A stretch of DNA of 64,000 bases from an uncultured Methanosarcinales archaeon (GCA_963843555.1 CAWJKV010000003.1:160001-224000), one strand, 5' to 3'. Counted from the first letter of the stretch, positions 43,415 through 55,610 are shown. The notes: generated from the letters alone by a model not told the origin. Numbers and translations: made by a program.

Positions 43415-44830
43415 CTAGCTCTTCTCCACCTCAGCCTTGACCAGAATATGCACCTCGCCAGGACTGGCCTTGCCCCGCGTCTTCTTCATAACCAGTCCCA
43501 CAATGAAGTTCAGGGCGCGCTCGCTTCCTGCCCTGTAGTCCGCCACGGCTGCCGCGCTCTCAGCTACGGCCTCTCGCACAGCTTTTTGCACAGCATCGTC
43601 CTCAGCCTTGCCCAGGCCCATTGTCCGGACGATCTCCTCCGGCGAGCTGCCTTTCTTGTCCAGGATGCTGCGGATGATCTCCACCGCCCCGTCCTCTGTG
43701 ATCTCGGCTCTCTCCAGCATCTGCACAATATCGACCATGTGCTCCTGGCGGAAGCTGTCGATGCCCAGGTTGCGGTAGTTCAGTTCTCCCTTGAGAACGT
43801 CGGCAATCCAGACTGCGGCCAGCTTGGGCGCCGCCCGGGCGGCGACGGCCTCGTAGAAGTGGGCTAGCCTTATCTCGGAGGTTAACGATTTGGCATGATC
43901 ATCAGCCAGAGCGTACTGCTTCACAAACCTCTCCCGCTTGTCATCTGGCAGTTCGGGCAGCGTGGCCTTGATCTCCGGAACCCAGGAGGCGATGCGCAGT
44001 GTCACCAGATCGCACTCCGGGAAGTAGCGGTAGTCATGGGCCCCCACCTTGCTTCTGATGGAGACGGTCACATTGCGCAACTCATCGAAGTGACGGGTCT
44101 CCTGCACCACTTTGATGTTGCGGCGCTGCAGGTTCTTCTGGCGGGTTATCTCATAGGAGAGGGCTTTTTCCACGCCCTTGAAGCCGGAGATGTTCTTGAC
44201 CTCAGACCTGTCTCCTCCTTTTAGAGAGATGTTCGCATCCACACGCATGGACCCTTCCAGGGAGCCGTCGAAGACATCCAGATATTCGAGAATGCTCTTC
44301 AGCTTGTCCAGGAAAGTGCGTGCTTCTTTGGGAGAGCGAAGATCCGGCTCGGTCACCACTTCCAGAAGCGGCATGCCGCAGCGGTTGTAGTCCACCATGG
44401 TGTACTTCGCCTTGTCGATGGTGCCGGCATGCACCAGCCGCCCGGGGTCCTCCTCCATATGCGCCCGGTTGATGCGGATATCTCTCTCCAATCCATCATC
44501 CCCCAGGATCATGATGTGTCCCTTGGTAGCCAGGGGAAAATCGTACTGGCTGATCTGGAAGCCCTTGGGGAGGTCCGGATAGTAGTAATTTTTGCGGTAG
44601 AAGAGCGTCTCCTCCTCAATGGTGCAGTTGAGGGCGAGACCCACTTTTATGCCGCACTCTACGGCTTTGCGGTTCAGCACGGGCAGGGAGCCCGGCAGAC
44701 CTAAGCAAACGGGGCAGGTATGGGTGTTGGGCTCGGAGTCGTGGTACGCAGTAGAGCAGCCGCAGAACATCTTGGATTGCAGACGGTTGAGCTGAACGTG
44801 AATCTCGAGACCAATGATGACGTCTTCCAT
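43415..44830 (-). CDS. gatB: Asp/Glu-tRNA amidotransferase subunit B
   Basis: IGLEIHVQL, YYYPDLPKGFQISQ and MRVDANIS. Confidence 0.98.
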   Translation of the reverse strand: MEDVIIGLEIHVQLNRLQSKMFCGCSTAYHDSEPNTHTCPVCLGLPGSLPVLNRKAVECGIKVGLALNCTIEEETLFYRKNYYYPDLPKGFQISQYDFPLATKGHIMILGDDGLERDIRINRAHMEEDPGRLVHAGTIDKAKYTMVDYNRCGMPLLEVVTEPDLRSPKEARTFLDKLKSILEYLDVFDGSLEGSMRVDANISLKGGDRSEVKNISGFKGVEKALSYEITRQKNLQRRNIKVVQETRHFDELRNVTVSIRSKVGAHDYRYFPECDLVTLRIASWVPEIKATLPELPDDKRERFVKQYALADDHAKSLTSEIRLAHFYEAVAARAAPKLAAVWIADVLKGELNYRNLGIDSFRQEHMVDIVQMLERAEITEDGAVEIIRSILDKKGSSPEEIVRTMGLGKAEDDAVQKAVREAVAESAAAVADYRAGSERALNFIVGLVMKKTRGKASPGEVHILVKAEVEKS

Positions 44831-46252
44831 TCAGACCACCTCCGGCGTTCTTTCATGGAAGGGTGTGGCCGCCTCGAAGGCATGCGCCGCCCGCAGCACG
44901 GCGGCCTCGCCGAAGTGCGGCCCCATGAGCTGCAAGCCGATGGGCAGCCGCCCGGCAAATCCGCAGGGCACGGAGACTGCAGGAACGCCGGCCAGGTTGA
45001 TGGGCACAGTGAAGACATCCGCCATGTAGAGCGAGAGTGGATCGTTGATGCGCTCTCCGATCTTGAAAGCAGGGATGGGCATGGTAGGGCTGGCCAGGAG
45101 ATCTACATCCTTGAAAGCCCGCAGGAAGTCCTCTTTGATCAGCGTTCTCACCTTCAAGGCCTTGAGATAATAGCGGCCGTAGTAGCCGGCTGAGAGTGCG
45201 TAGGTCCCCAGGAGTATGCGCCTCTTCACCTCCGGCCCAAAGCCCTTGCTGCGAATCTCGGAGAATGTGGTATGCCAGTCCTTGTCCTCACCCTTCTGGC
45301 GGAGCCCGTAGCGCAGGCCATCGAAACGGGCCAGATTGGAGGAGGCCTCGCTCATGGCAATGACATAGTAGGCGGCGAGAGCATAGCGCGTATGCGGCAG
45401 GCTGACCTCCTGCCACTCTGCGCCCAGGTTTTCCAGTTTGGAGACGGCGTCCCAGACCGCTTTTTCCACCTCTTTGTTCACGCCCTCGCCGAAATACTCC
45501 TTGGGGATACCGATCTTCAGGCCGCTGACTCCGTCTTTGAGGCCCGTCAGATAGCTTCCCTTCTCAGCCGAGGTTGTATCCCGCCAGTCATGGCCGGCGA
45601 TGATCTCCATGAGGAGGGCGGTGTCTTCCACGGTATGCGTCAGCGGTCCGATCTGTTCCAGAGAGTTGGCATAGGCAACGAGACCGAAGCGCGAGACCAA
45701 TCCGTAAGTGGGCTTCAGGCCCACGATACCGCAAAAGGATGCAGGACAGCGCACTGATCCGCCTGTATCTGAACCCAGGGCGCACGGGGCTTCGCCGCCG
45801 GCGACACAGGCCGCGCTCCCGCCGCTGGAACCGCCCGGAACGCAATTCTGGTCCCAGGGGTTTCTGGTCGGTCCGAAAGCGCTCGTCTCTGTGGAGGTGC
45901 CCATGGCAAACTCGTCCATATTGGTCTTGCCCATGATGATGGCCCCCTCCGCCTTGAGGCGTTCGACGACATGAGCGTCATAGGGAGGGATGTATCCGCG
46001 CAGTATCCTGGAGCTGCAGTTGGTCTCAATCCCCCTGGTAGATATGCACTCTTTGATGGCGATGGGAATGCCAGCCAATAGTCCCTGGCCGGGATTTTTA
46101 TCAAACTTTCTGGCCTGATCCATTGCGCTTTCTCTGGCAAGAGTGGTGAAGGCATTGAGCGAGCTCTTCTCGATCTTCTCAAAGAGCCGGCAAAGATACT
46201 CCTCAGCGGATCCGCTCCGCAAACTGGCCTTTAATTCGGAGAGCATAATCAC
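44831..46252 (-). CDS. gatA: Asp/Glu-tRNA amidotransferase subunit A
   Basis: GGSSGGSAA and GSDTGGSVRCPA amidase signature. Confidence 0.98.
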   Translation of the reverse strand: MIMLSELKASLRSGSAEEYLCRLFEKIEKSSLNAFTTLARESAMDQARKFDKNPGQGLLAGIPIAIKECISTRGIETNCSSRILRGYIPPYDAHVVERLKAEGAIIMGKTNMDEFAMGTSTETSAFGPTRNPWDQNCVPGGSSGGSAACVAGGEAPCALGSDTGGSVRCPASFCGIVGLKPTYGLVSRFGLVAYANSLEQIGPLTHTVEDTALLMEIIAGHDWRDTTSAEKGSYLTGLKDGVSGLKIGIPKEYFGEGVNKEVEKAVWDAVSKLENLGAEWQEVSLPHTRYALAAYYVIAMSEASSNLARFDGLRYGLRQKGEDKDWHTTFSEIRSKGFGPEVKRRILLGTYALSAGYYGRYYLKALKVRTLIKEDFLRAFKDVDLLASPTMPIPAFKIGERINDPLSLYMADVFTVPINLAGVPAVSVPCGFAGRLPIGLQLMGPHFGEAAVLRAAHAFEAATPFHERTPEVV

Positions 46253-46530
46253 ACAATCCGGGGGCTCTTGAAGTAGCCGTTTTCGCGCCGCGGTGCATTT
46301 TTGAGCGCTTCCTCCTGGGTGAGTGACTCAAAAGCCACATCCTCTCGAAAGATATTGGCCAGGTCTACCACGCGGTAAGTGGGTTCTACTCCATCCGTAT
46401 CCACTTCGTCCAGCTGATGGAAGTACTCCAGAATGGAGTTGAACTGCTCCACGAACTCATCCTTCTCCTCATCCTCAATCTTGATGCTGGCAAGCCAGCT
46501 GATGTGCTCCACATCTTCCTTGGTGATCAT
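46249..46530 (-). CDS. gatC: Asp/Glu-tRNA amidotransferase subunit C
   Basis: ITKEDVEHI...NAP...GYFKSPRI; first gene of gatCAB. Confidence 0.95.
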   Translation of the reverse strand: MITKEDVEHISWLASIKIEDEEKDEFVEQFNSILEYFHQLDEVDTDGVEPTYRVVDLANIFREDVAFESLTQEEALKNAPRRENGYFKSPRIV

Positions 46531-46823
46531 GTCATCCCACGCTTTAATCCGCAGCCGTTCGGCGTTTCATAATAGTGATATATCAATAGTACATCAATAG
46601 AGAGACCTGCCATGCCAGTCCTTTTTTCGGGTCCTCGGGCCAGACAGAACCTTATCGGATATAAAGTCTCTTTTCGAATGAAAATGAGGAAGGAACTGAG
46701 GATGGACTCCAAGATCAATATGCCGGCATCATATCACAAAGTTGCGGAGATTTCAAGGCAAAAGGCTTAAGCATTCTGATGGGATGATAGCCAGGGGATA
46801 TATTGGAAATCGGATAATGATAT

Positions 46824-48150
46824 ATGAAAAAGAATGATGTTATTGTGATTGGTTCCGGAATCAGTGGCTTATTGACCGCGCTAGCCCTCTCCAGAGAAGG
46901 CAAGAAAGTACTGATTTTGGAAAAAGATGACTGCATTGGTGGAGTTTGCAGGTCTTACGAGGTAGATGGCTACCGTGTGGATACAGGACCTCATGCCATA
47001 ACAAGGTTGGAGAATGGCCCCCTTAAGGAACTGATGGACAAATATTTTAATGTGGTCCCTCAGTTCATTCCCTTTGGAAAGTACTATGTGAGAATCGGCA
47101 GCGAGATAAAGACGTTTCCCTGGAGCATCAATGCCTGGATGACTTTTAGCCTGCTCCCTATGACAGACAGACTGCTCCTGATGAGGGCCCTATTCAATAC
47201 GCTGTATCTGCTGAATTCAGGCAAGGATTTTTCCAATATTCCTCTATCCGAAATACTTCCCAACAAGGTTTCAATTACGACTAGACGATTTCTGGACTGG
47301 CTATGTTACTTTATGGTAGGCACGTCCATAGACAATGCGCCGATCTCTCGATTTATCGATAATAAGATCCATCACCCTCACCCGCATGTGGTTCCCTATG
47401 TGGGAAAACTATATGACTTATTTATAACAGATGGTGCCAGAGACCAGGGATACCCTAAAGGGGGTCTCCAATCTATAGTGAACTCCATTTTGGCATCATT
47501 TCCAAAAGAGGGAGTGGAAATCAGAGACGAATGAGAAGGTTACAAAGATCGAATGCAGCAAACGAGTGGAACGGGTGGTTACAGATGAGGATAGTTACGA
47601 GAGCGAAGTGGTTGTCTACTCGGGCTTCTCATCTAACTTACCATATCTGGTTGACGATTTACCGGATGATTATGCCAAGAATCTTCTATCAATCAATAAA
47701 GTAAGATCATTGACAATATGGCTTGGTCTGACCAAGAAGATCTTTACAAACTATGGTTCAGAGATGTGGATCGACTCGGATCCGTATGCATGGGTGGTTC
47801 CTACCACGAACTATGATCCCACATTAGCGCCCAGAGGGAATCAGCTTGCAAGTTTCGCATTTACCCTGCCGGGCGAGTACAATGCATCTACTATAAAGAA
47901 AAAAGCATTTGATAACATAGTCAATAACATTCCTGATATCGAAAAGCATATTGATATGATACATTATCAAGAACTAATACCAGAAAAGGCATCCTGGGGG
48001 CTAAATTCCGGCTTCGGGGATGTAAGAACTCCAATAGGAAATCTTTACTGCGTGGGGACAGATACCGAAAAGAGGAGCGCAGGAGTCAATCGGTCGGCGT
48101 ATTCCGTCTTGAGGTGTCTGGATATTATGAAGGCAGATGGAAATTTGTGA
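46824..48150 (+). CDS. Phytoene desaturase-like FAD-dependent oxidoreductase (frameshift near 47527)
   Basis: GSGISGL, IGGVCRS, DTGPH, YPKGG and NLYCVG. Confidence 0.85.
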
Positions 48151-48201
48151 TAAGCACCTAAAACGGAACCCTTTTATCTTTTCTCTTGTTTTGAGACCAG
48201 C

Positions 48202-49026
48202 ATGTTCAAGATCGGCTTTGTCAAGCTGGGAAATATCGCTACCTCGACGGTCATCGATCTTTCCCTGGACGAGATCGCGGAAAGAACAGATATCGAATTC
48301 AAGATCGTCAGCTTCGGCCCCAAGATGACTAAAAAAGAGGGCGAAGCGGTTTTGGAGCTGAAAGACTGGGGCCCCCAACTGGTGGTGATCACCAGCCCCA
48401 ATGCAGCGACATCCGGTCCAACAACGGCACGCGAGCTCTTCCGGGGTATCCCCACCATCATAGTCTCCGATGGTCCGACCAAGAAGGAGGCACGCGACCT
48501 GCTGGCAGCAGATGGATATGGTTACATCATCCTGCCCGTGGACCCGCTCATCGGTGCCAAGCGTGAGTTCCTCGACCCGGCTGAGATGGCGCTCTTCAAC
48601 TCAGATGCACTCAAGGTTCTGGCCGCCTGCGGTGCTATCAGACTGGTTTCGGAAGAGCTCGACGTCGCCATGGGCACAATCGCCAGGGGCGAGCCCCATC
48701 TGCCAGCCATTTTGGCCACACCTGAGAAGTGCGCAGAGCGCATGAGCTTCCAGAATCCTTATGCCAGGGCCAAAGCCGTTGGAGCTTTGCATATGGCCCA
48801 GACCGTAGCCGGCATCGACGCCCAGGCCTGCTTCCGTCTCAAGGAGCTGGAGCAGATCGCCCTGGCCGCGGCCGCGGGCCATGAGGTTATGCGGGCGGCG
48901 GCACGCCTCGCCGACGAGGCCAGAGAGCTGGAAAAGGCCAACGATACAGTCTCACGCAAGCCCCACGCCCGCACAGGAGAGTTGATGAGGAAGACCAGGC
49001 TTCTGGAAAAGCCGGAGAAGATTTAG
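48202..49026 (+). CDS. mtd: F420-dependent methylene-H4MPT dehydrogenase
   Basis: KLGNIA, SPN, DPLIGAKREFLDPAEMALFN and NPYARAKA. Confidence 0.96.
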   Translation: MFKIGFVKLGNIATSTVIDLSLDEIAERTDIEFKIVSFGPKMTKKEGEAVLELKDWGPQLVVITSPNAATSGPTTARELFRGIPTIIVSDGPTKKEARDLLAADGYGYIILPVDPLIGAKREFLDPAEMALFNSDALKVLAACGAIRLVSEELDVAMGTIARGEPHLPAILATPEKCAERMSFQNPYARAKAVGALHMAQTVAGIDAQACFRLKELEQIALAAAAGHEVMRAAARLADEARELEKANDTVSRKPHARTGELMRKTRLLEKPEKI

Positions 49027-49227
49027 GACAGATTAATTTCGCTCCGCGCGCTCATTGGCTAAATAGATGCAGGTGCAATCATCTCCTGCAATTTAAGGGA
49101 CTGCTGCCCGGCCCTACTCGTTTCTGGGCAAGAGATGGGCGGCCTTCCCATTAACCCAGCATTTTTCCGAAAGCGACATATCCTGCATAGAAAGAGTTTT
49201 AGCATCCAAGCGTTTTGTCCTCCTCAC

Positions 49228-49986
49228 ATGGCTCTGCTGGAGATCAAGGGGGTGAATAAGCAATTTTTCGCGGATGGAAAAGAGATGGAGGCCCTGCATG
49301 ACATAAATTTGAGCATCAGGGAGAACGAGTTCGTCTGCTTCATCGGCCCCTCTGGCTGCGGTAAGACAACTCTACTTCGCATAATTGCGGGCCTGGAGGA
49401 CCCCACATCCGGCACTGTTACCCTCGATGGCGATCCCATAAGAGGTCCGTCTCCAGAGAGGGGCATGGTCTTCCAGGAGTATTCCCTCTTCCCCTGGCGA
49501 ACAGTCCTGGACAATATCGTCTTCGGCCTGGAATTGAAGGGAGTTCCTGTGAATGAACGCAAGAGGCTTGGGAGACAGTATCTGAAGATGGTCGGCCTGG
49601 AGAGCTTTGAGACCCGCTATCCTCATGAGCTCTCCGGTGGCATGAAACAGCGGGTGGCCATCGCCAGAGCTCTTGTCAACAATCCCAAGGCTCTGCTCAT
49701 GGATGAGCCCTTCGGAGCTCTGGACGCCCAGACGCGCAACATCATGCAGTCCGAGCTGCTGCGCATCTGGGAAGAGGAGAAGAAGACGGTGATCTTTGTC
49801 ACCCACAGCGTTGATGAGGCTATCTACCTGGCGGATACCATTGTGATCATGTCCGCACGCCCGGGAAGAATCAAGGACGTCATTCCGATTCCCCTCACAA
49901 GACCCAGAAGCAGGACCAGCACCGAGGTCAATCAGATAAGGGATCGTATACTCTGTGACCTTCGCTCTGAGATGGTGACCTGTTGA
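49228..49986 (+). CDS. ABC transporter ATP-binding protein (nitrate/sulfonate type)
   Basis: [16 protein letters not shown] and DEPFGALD. Confidence 0.93.
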   Translation: MALLEIKGVNKQFFADGKEMEALHDINLSIRENEFVCFIGPSGCGKTTLLRIIAGLEDPTSGTVTLDGDPIRGPSPERGMVFQEYSLFPWRTVLDNIVFGLELKGVPVNERKRLGRQYLKMVGLESFETRYPHELSGGMKQRVAIARALVNNPKALLMDEPFGALDAQTRNIMQSELLRIWEEEKKTVIFVTHSVDEAIYLADTIVIMSARPGRIKDVIPIPLTRPRSRTSTEVNQIRDRILCDLRSEMVTC

Positions 49987-50040
49987 GGATATAGTTTTAT
50001 ATCGCCTTAGATCACTTGTATCTTAGCCTGTTTTTCGCTG

Positions 50041-51099
50041 GTGAGGCAGTTGGTCAGATCTAGATGGATGGAGCTTCCGCGCATAGTAGCGGTAGGTAGT
50101 GGAGTGATACTGGAACTGCCAGAGATCTGCGCCGATCTGTTGCTCAAGAGGCGCGGCCTTATCATAACCGGCCCCCGCACTGAGGACGTTGTGGGAAAAG
50201 CCATATTTGAGCTCCTGGAGGATGCCGGTTTTCAGCCCGAGACCCTGATTTGCACTGACTCCAAGCTGGAAGAGGTGCGTCGCGCAGAAGGGATGGCCCA
50301 GGAGATTGGGGCAGGATTCCTGATTGGTGCTGGTGGCGGCAGATCGATAGATATTGCCAAACTCGCCTCACTGGGAATGAATATTCCCTTCCTATCAGTT
50401 CCCACCGCCGCTTCGCACGATGGCATCTGCTCCTCCCAGGCGTCCTTGACGGTAAATGGAGAGACCTCTTCCCTTCCGGCACAGTCGCCCATGGCCATTG
50501 TGGCCGATACCAAAATAATATCTCAGGCGCCGGCAAGGCTCCTTCGTGCCGGTTGCGGCGACATTATCTCCAACTACACTGCCATCCTGGATTGGCAGCT
50601 GGCCCACAGGCTCAGAAATGAGGAGTTCAGCGAGTACGCCTCCGCCCTCTCCGGCATGACGGCGCACATGGTCGTCGAGCTTGCTGCAGAGATTCGTCCC
50701 GGCTTCGAGGAATCGGCAAAGATCGTCGTTAAAGCCTTGATCTCCAGCGGCGTGGCTATGAGCATAGCCGGCTCTTCCCGGCCAGCCAGCGGCTCAGAGC
50801 ACAAGTTTGCCCATGCCTTGAACCGCATCGCTCCAGGAAGAGCCCTGCATGGCGAGCTGTGCGGTCTGGGCACCATAATAATGATGTATCTGCATGGCGG
50901 CGACTGGAAGATGATAAAAAGAGCATTGGCGCTGGTGGGGGCCCCTACCTCCGCCGCAGAAGCGGGCCTGAATGCGGAGAACGTGATCGAAGCCCTGATC
51001 AAAGCCCACGAGATCCGGCCGGAACGCTATACTATCCTGGACACAGGCCTGAATAGAATTGCAGCGGTAAGAGCCGCCGAAGCTACAGGCATTATTTAA
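50041..51099 (+). CDS. egsA: sn-glycerol-1-phosphate dehydrogenase
   Basis: GGGRSID, PTAASHDG, SRPASGSEH and RPERYTIL. Confidence 0.96.
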   Translation: MRQLVRSRWMELPRIVAVGSGVILELPEICADLLLKRRGLIITGPRTEDVVGKAIFELLEDAGFQPETLICTDSKLEEVRRAEGMAQEIGAGFLIGAGGGRSIDIAKLASLGMNIPFLSVPTAASHDGICSSQASLTVNGETSSLPAQSPMAIVADTKIISQAPARLLRAGCGDIISNYTAILDWQLAHRLRNEEFSEYASALSGMTAHMVVELAAEIRPGFEESAKIVVKALISSGVAMSIAGSSRPASGSEHKFAHALNRIAPGRALHGELCGLGTIIMMYLHGGDWKMIKRALALVGAPTSAAEAGLNAENVIEALIKAHEIRPERYTILDTGLNRIAAVRAAEATGII

Positions 51100-51146
51100 T
51101 AAGATAATAATTATCAAATTATGATGATAAGAAAGGAGTATGAACT

Positions 51147-51596
51147 ATGTCCGAGGCATCTACACAAATTACGCTGATTGGAACGAAACTCGCCAGCATT
51201 GGCATGGAATTCACCTTTGTGGGCTCGACTCCGGAATGCGAATCCTGCAAGCTCAGGAACACCTGCATAAATCTGGAGCCTAAAAGGCGCTACAGAGTCT
51301 TGGGAACGCGCGGAGAGCTGGTCCACGAGTGTCCCATCCACGAGGCAGGGGTTCGAGCCGTGGAGGTTGCAGAAAGCCCCATAATTGCCGCTTTCGACGC
51401 CAGAAAGGCATTCCCCGGATCCAAGATCGTCTTTGAAGCCATGAAGTGCGATGATCCGGAATGCAGCATGTATGATATCTGTCATCCGACGGGGTTGAAG
51501 GATGGCGAGAGATGCACTATTGTGGAAGTTGTGGGCGAAGCTCCTGAGGATTGTCCACGGGGAAGTGTTTTGAAGCTGGTGGAGTTTCGCCGCTAG
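51147..51596 (+). CDS. UPF0179 protein
   Basis: ITLIGTKLA, CxxC...C and CPIHE; conserved neighbour of egsA. Confidence 0.9.
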   Translation: MSEASTQITLIGTKLASIGMEFTFVGSTPECESCKLRNTCINLEPKRRYRVLGTRGELVHECPIHEAGVRAVEVAESPIIAAFDARKAFPGSKIVFEAMKCDDPECSMYDICHPTGLKDGERCTIVEVVGEAPEDCPRGSVLKLVEFRR

Positions 51597-52587
51597 ATGA
51601 ATACTATCACTTACACCCGAAATATTTTTCTTCCAGTGACGGACCTCTGCCGGAACCGTTGCGGTTATTGCTCTTTTCGAAAGGAACCGGACAAAGCCCA
51701 TTTGATTCAAAGATCACTGGCAGAGCGGCTGTTGGAACGCGGCGAAGAGGAGAATTGCTGTGAAGCGCTTTTCACCTTTGGCGAGAGCCCCTGGCAGGTT
51801 CCTGGCTTCCAGAGGCTGCTCGACGGGGCAAGAATCCCGGATCTCCTGGATTACGTGGTAGAGCTATGCGAGATGGCACTAGAGCATGGCCTATTGCCTC
51901 ACACCAACGCCGGCCTCCTGGCAGAAGAGGATTTGATTCGTTTGCAGCCCTATAACGCCTCCATGGGACTGATGCTGGAAAGCACTGCTAATCTGTCTGT
52001 CCATGACTCAGTCGCCGGGAAAGAGGCCTGACTTGAGATTGGAGCACATAGCCCGGGCGGGCAGGCTGCGAATCCCGTTCACCACCGGCATTCTGGTTGG
52101 CATCGGCGAGAGCTGGCAGGATCGTGTCGAGTCCCTGCGGGCCATCGCCCATCTGCATAGAGCCTTTGGCCATATTCAGGAGGTCATAATCCAGCCGCTT
52201 GATCCGAAGCCAGGAACAGACATGGCGAATGCTGCCCGGCCCGGGATGGATGATCTTTGCCGTCTGGTGAAGACTGCCCGCGAGATTCTGCCTCCTGATG
52301 TGGCGATCCAGGTTCCGCCTAACCTCGCGAACCCCTTGCCGCTTGTGAAAGCGGGCGCAACTGATATAGGCGGAATCAGCCCCGTGACGCCAGATGCGAT
52401 AAATCCCGAGAGAGCCTGGCCAAGAGAAGAGGAGCTGCAAGTCCTTCTCGCGGGTTATACTCTGAAAGAACGGCTGCCGGTCTATCCCCAATTCGTCGAG
52501 CGGGGGTGGCATGGTTGTAGAACCCGGGTGCTGGTGGCAACTCTGGCAGGCGAGGACGGCCTTCGGGCGAAAAAGTATATCTTCTAA
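51597..52587 (+). CDS. cofG: FO synthase subunit 1 (frameshift near 52015)
   Basis: CRNRCGYC radical-SAM motif, [15 protein letters not shown] and NPERAWP. Confidence 0.95.
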
Positions 52588-52593
52588 GGCAGG

Positions 52594-52788
52594 GTGGTGA
52601 GTAAGCTTGTGAAGAAGAATTGGCTGGAGATAGGTATGAGCACGGGCCTCGTGTTCCTGATGATCGTCCTCATTTTAGGAGCTCAATTGGTCCTTCCTGT
52701 AGAGCTGAGACCTTCGAGCTTTGCTCTGATCATCTTGTTCTTCATGGTGGCCATGGGCTTTCTGGGATTGAGACTCGTGGATATGTAG
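52594..52788 (+). CDS. Small membrane protein
   Basis: 64 aa with two TM helices, within the operon. Confidence 0.7.
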   Translation: MVSKLVKKNWLEIGMSTGLVFLMIVLILGAQLVLPVELRPSSFALIILFFMVAMGFLGLRLVDM

Positions 52789-52840
52789 CAACGTTAAATA
52801 TAAATATAATAATACACATTTTCCGTCGAGGGTTTTTTAG

Positions 52841-53206
52841 ATGGCAGGATTTTTAGAAAAGCTCAAGCTCATAGGAAAGTCCGGAGAACAGGATTACTCT
52901 GAGGTAGATCTGGGTCAATTCGTGGAGTCGAACGGCTCCTCTGAGACTGTCTTGCGCGTCGCGGAACTGGGTCGAATCGAGGTTCTGCCGGAGATCAAGC
53001 AGGAGATCTACGCCGGGAATATCGTCCTGGTGGATATCGCAGGGCTGAAGAGGGATAAAGCCGCCCTGGATAGGGCCGTTGGTGAGCTCAAGAAGGCTGT
53101 CGAAGATGTCTCCGGAGATATTGCAGGAATCGGAGACGACTTAATCGTATTAGTCCCCAATGGCATAAAGATAGACCGCGAGAAGGTGGTCGGAGGAAAA
53201 GATTGA
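52841..53206 (+). CDS. sepF: Cell division protein SepF
   Basis: GNIVLVDI...GDIAGI...VPNGIKIDR; followed by ZPR1. Confidence 0.9.
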   Translation: MAGFLEKLKLIGKSGEQDYSEVDLGQFVESNGSSETVLRVAELGRIEVLPEIKQEIYAGNIVLVDIAGLKRDKAALDRAVGELKKAVEDVSGDIAGIGDDLIVLVPNGIKIDREKVVGGKD

Positions 53207-53772
53207 ATCTAACTACAAATGCTAACTGCCCAGTCTGCTCTGCCGAGATGCAGTTTTGTTGGGAGACTCGGGATATCCCGCATTTCGGGGAGGCCATGAT
53301 CATCGCCGGAGTCTGCGACTGCGGCTTTCGCCATAGCGATACCATTCTCTTGACTCAGAAGGAGCCGGTGCGGAGCACATTGCCTGTAGAGACCATCGAG
53401 GATCTGGACGCCAGGGTGATCCGCTCCTCCAGTGGCACCATAAGAGTCCCGGAGCTGGGCATTGATATCGAGCCGGGATTCGCCTCGGAGTCGTACATAT
53501 CCAATGTGGAGGGCGTCTTAGACAGGATCGAGGGCGTGGTATGTTTTGCCACACGCTCGGCGCGAGAGGCAGAAAACCTCGAAAGCACAACGAAAGGCGA
53601 AGAGATCCTGGAGAAGATTGAACTTGCTCGCAAGGGGCAGTTCCCACTGACACTAATTATTGAGGACCCCCTGGGAAATAGCGCCATCGTTTCTGAAAAG
53701 GCTGTGCAATCCCCTCTGACGGATGAGGATATTGCCCGCCTCAAGACCGGCATTATACTCTTGGACGCTTAG
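53203..53772 (+). CDS. ZPR1 zinc-finger protein
   Basis: CPVC, IPHFGE, SNVEG and IEDPLGNS. Confidence 0.95.
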   Translation: MNLTTNANCPVCSAEMQFCWETRDIPHFGEAMIIAGVCDCGFRHSDTILLTQKEPVRSTLPVETIEDLDARVIRSSSGTIRVPELGIDIEPGFASESYISNVEGVLDRIEGVVCFATRSAREAENLESTTKGEEILEKIELARKGQFPLTLIIEDPLGNSAIVSEKAVQSPLTDEDIARLKTGIILLDA

Positions 53773-53774
53773 AA

Positions 53775-54669
53775 ATGCTGGTCTTAAGCGGTGGCACGGG
53801 CACCCCCAAGCTTCTACTAGGACTAAAAGAACTTCTTCCCCCTTGCGAGCTCTCTGTGGTCGTAAATACAGCAGAAGATCTCTGGATTTCCGGGAACTAC
53901 ATCTCACCAGATCTCGATTCGGTGCTTTATACTCTGGCAGATTTGATAGATGAAAAAAAGTGGTGGGGCATAAAGGGCGACAAAACCCTCACCCATGACT
54001 TTCTGCTCACCCTGGGCGTGGATGAAAAGCTCACCGTAGGGGATAAAGATCGAGCCGTGCACATCTTTCGTTCCAATCTGCTCCGCCGAGGGGTCAAGTT
54101 GAGTCTGGCCACAGAAGCCCTGGCCGGGGCATTGGGAGTGGAGCAGAAGGTCGTCCCCATGACAGACGATATCGTCTCTACCGTTGTTGCCACATCAGAG
54201 GGGGTGATGCATTTTCAGGATTTCTGGGTAAGTCGGAGGGGCGAAGCCGGATGTTCGCTCAGTAGTTTTCACGGGATTGGAGGAGGCGCTTCCCAGCCAG
54301 GGATTCCTGGATCTGCTGGAGAAGGAGGATACGGTCCTTATCGGGCCCAGCAATCCGGTCACCAGCATCGGCCCCATCCTGGCTCTGCCCGGTGTACGAG
54401 AGCGCCTCCGGGACAAGAAGGTCGTGGCAGTGAGCCCTCTTGTTGGGAATAAGCCGGTCAGCGGTCCGGCTGCCAAGCTCATGGCGGCCTGCGGTGTTCC
54501 TGCCAGCGATGAAGGCGTGGCTGCTCTACTCGGGCATATCGACCTCTTCGTGGTGGACAGGAAGAGCGACTACCGCGGCGAATGCAAGCGTATGAAAACG
54601 CTTATGAGGACGAAAAATGAGAGTCTGGCAATGGCAAGAAGCTTGCTGGATATGATTTCATGTTCTTAG
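53775..54669 (+). CDS. cofD: 2-phospho-L-lactate transferase (frameshift near 54255)
   Basis: [25 protein letters not shown] and SGPAAKLM. Confidence 0.95.
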
Positions 54670-55610
54670 GCATCGATCACGGCACCACAGCCATAAGGTT
54701 TGCCACAGAAAAAGGATGCTGCTGGGAGCTTCCCAGGCTTGAGGCGAGCCAGCTGTCTGCCCAGGAGATCATATCCCGGGTCTCGCAAAACCTTCTTCTC
54801 AGAGACGTAGACCTCGTGGCCCTGACTTATTCCATGGGAGACGGCCTCACCAGTATCGTCCGGCTGAAGGACGCCCCCCAACGGGGCCTGGTCAGCCTGG
54901 ATGGGGCCGGCCTTCACCAGGGCGGCGGAACCAGGGTCTTTGAAGCCATAAGTGAATCTGGCTGGCCGGCTATCCTCTTGCCCGGCATTCATCGCGCCAG
55001 CGATATCGATCCCAGGCTGAAGGTCTTCAGCCACGGCATGAGCCCGGAAAAGGTAGGTCTGGCTTACGGCGTCTTCAAAAAGGGAGTCAACAGCTTCATC
55101 GTCTGCGATGCCAGCTCCAATACAGTGAGCTTTTGCGTACTTGATGGAAAGATCATCGGGGCCATCGATGCGCCCATCTTTGCGCCCGGCCTGATGCAGG
55201 GGCCTCTGGACGTGGACGCCATAAGAGACGTAGATGCGGGAAAGATGACGGCCAACCAGGCCTTTTCCCGCGGAGGTATTCTCAGGAAGATGGGAAAAGC
55301 AGCATTGGAGGAATGCCGCCCGGAGGAGAGGATGCTGGCCCTCGAATCACTGGCTCTATTCGCGGCCATGGAGATCAATGCCCTGCTCGTCCTTACTCGG
55401 GATCTCGGCGAGCCGAATCCGGGTCTATTTTTAGCGGGAAGCCCGGCTCCTTTGATCAAAGGGCGCGTGGCCGGGCTTCTGGGCAGAGATGTAGGGACTC
55501 TTGAGAGATGCTCTGCAGCGCAAGGGTGCGCCTGTATTGCAGAAGATGTATTCAAAGGCTGCAAAGACATCCTGGGCTTGGATGTGGATGAGCGAGTCAG
55601 GGATGTTTAA
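54660..55610 (+). CDS. Methanogenesis marker protein 12
   Basis: [23 protein letters not shown] and DASSNTV. Confidence 0.92.
   Translation: MFLGIDHGTTAIRFATEKGCCWELPRLEASQLSAQEIISRVSQNLLLRDVDLVALTYSMGDGLTSIVRLKDAPQRGLVSLDGAGLHQGGGTRVFEAISESGWPAILLPGIHRASDIDPRLKVFSHGMSPEKVGLAYGVFKKGVNSFIVCDASSNTVSFCVLDGKIIGAIDAPIFAPGLMQGPLDVDAIRDVDAGKMTANQAFSRGGILRKMGKAALEECRPEERMLALESLALFAAMEINALLVLTRDLGEPNPGLFLAGSPAPLIKGRVAGLLGRDVGTLERCSAAQGCACIAEDVFKGCKDILGLDVDERVRDV

Noticed and set aside
47520..47566. TGA readthrough or selenocysteine in the FAD oxidoreductase
   Set aside because: The downstream part is in a different frame; one extra base explains it
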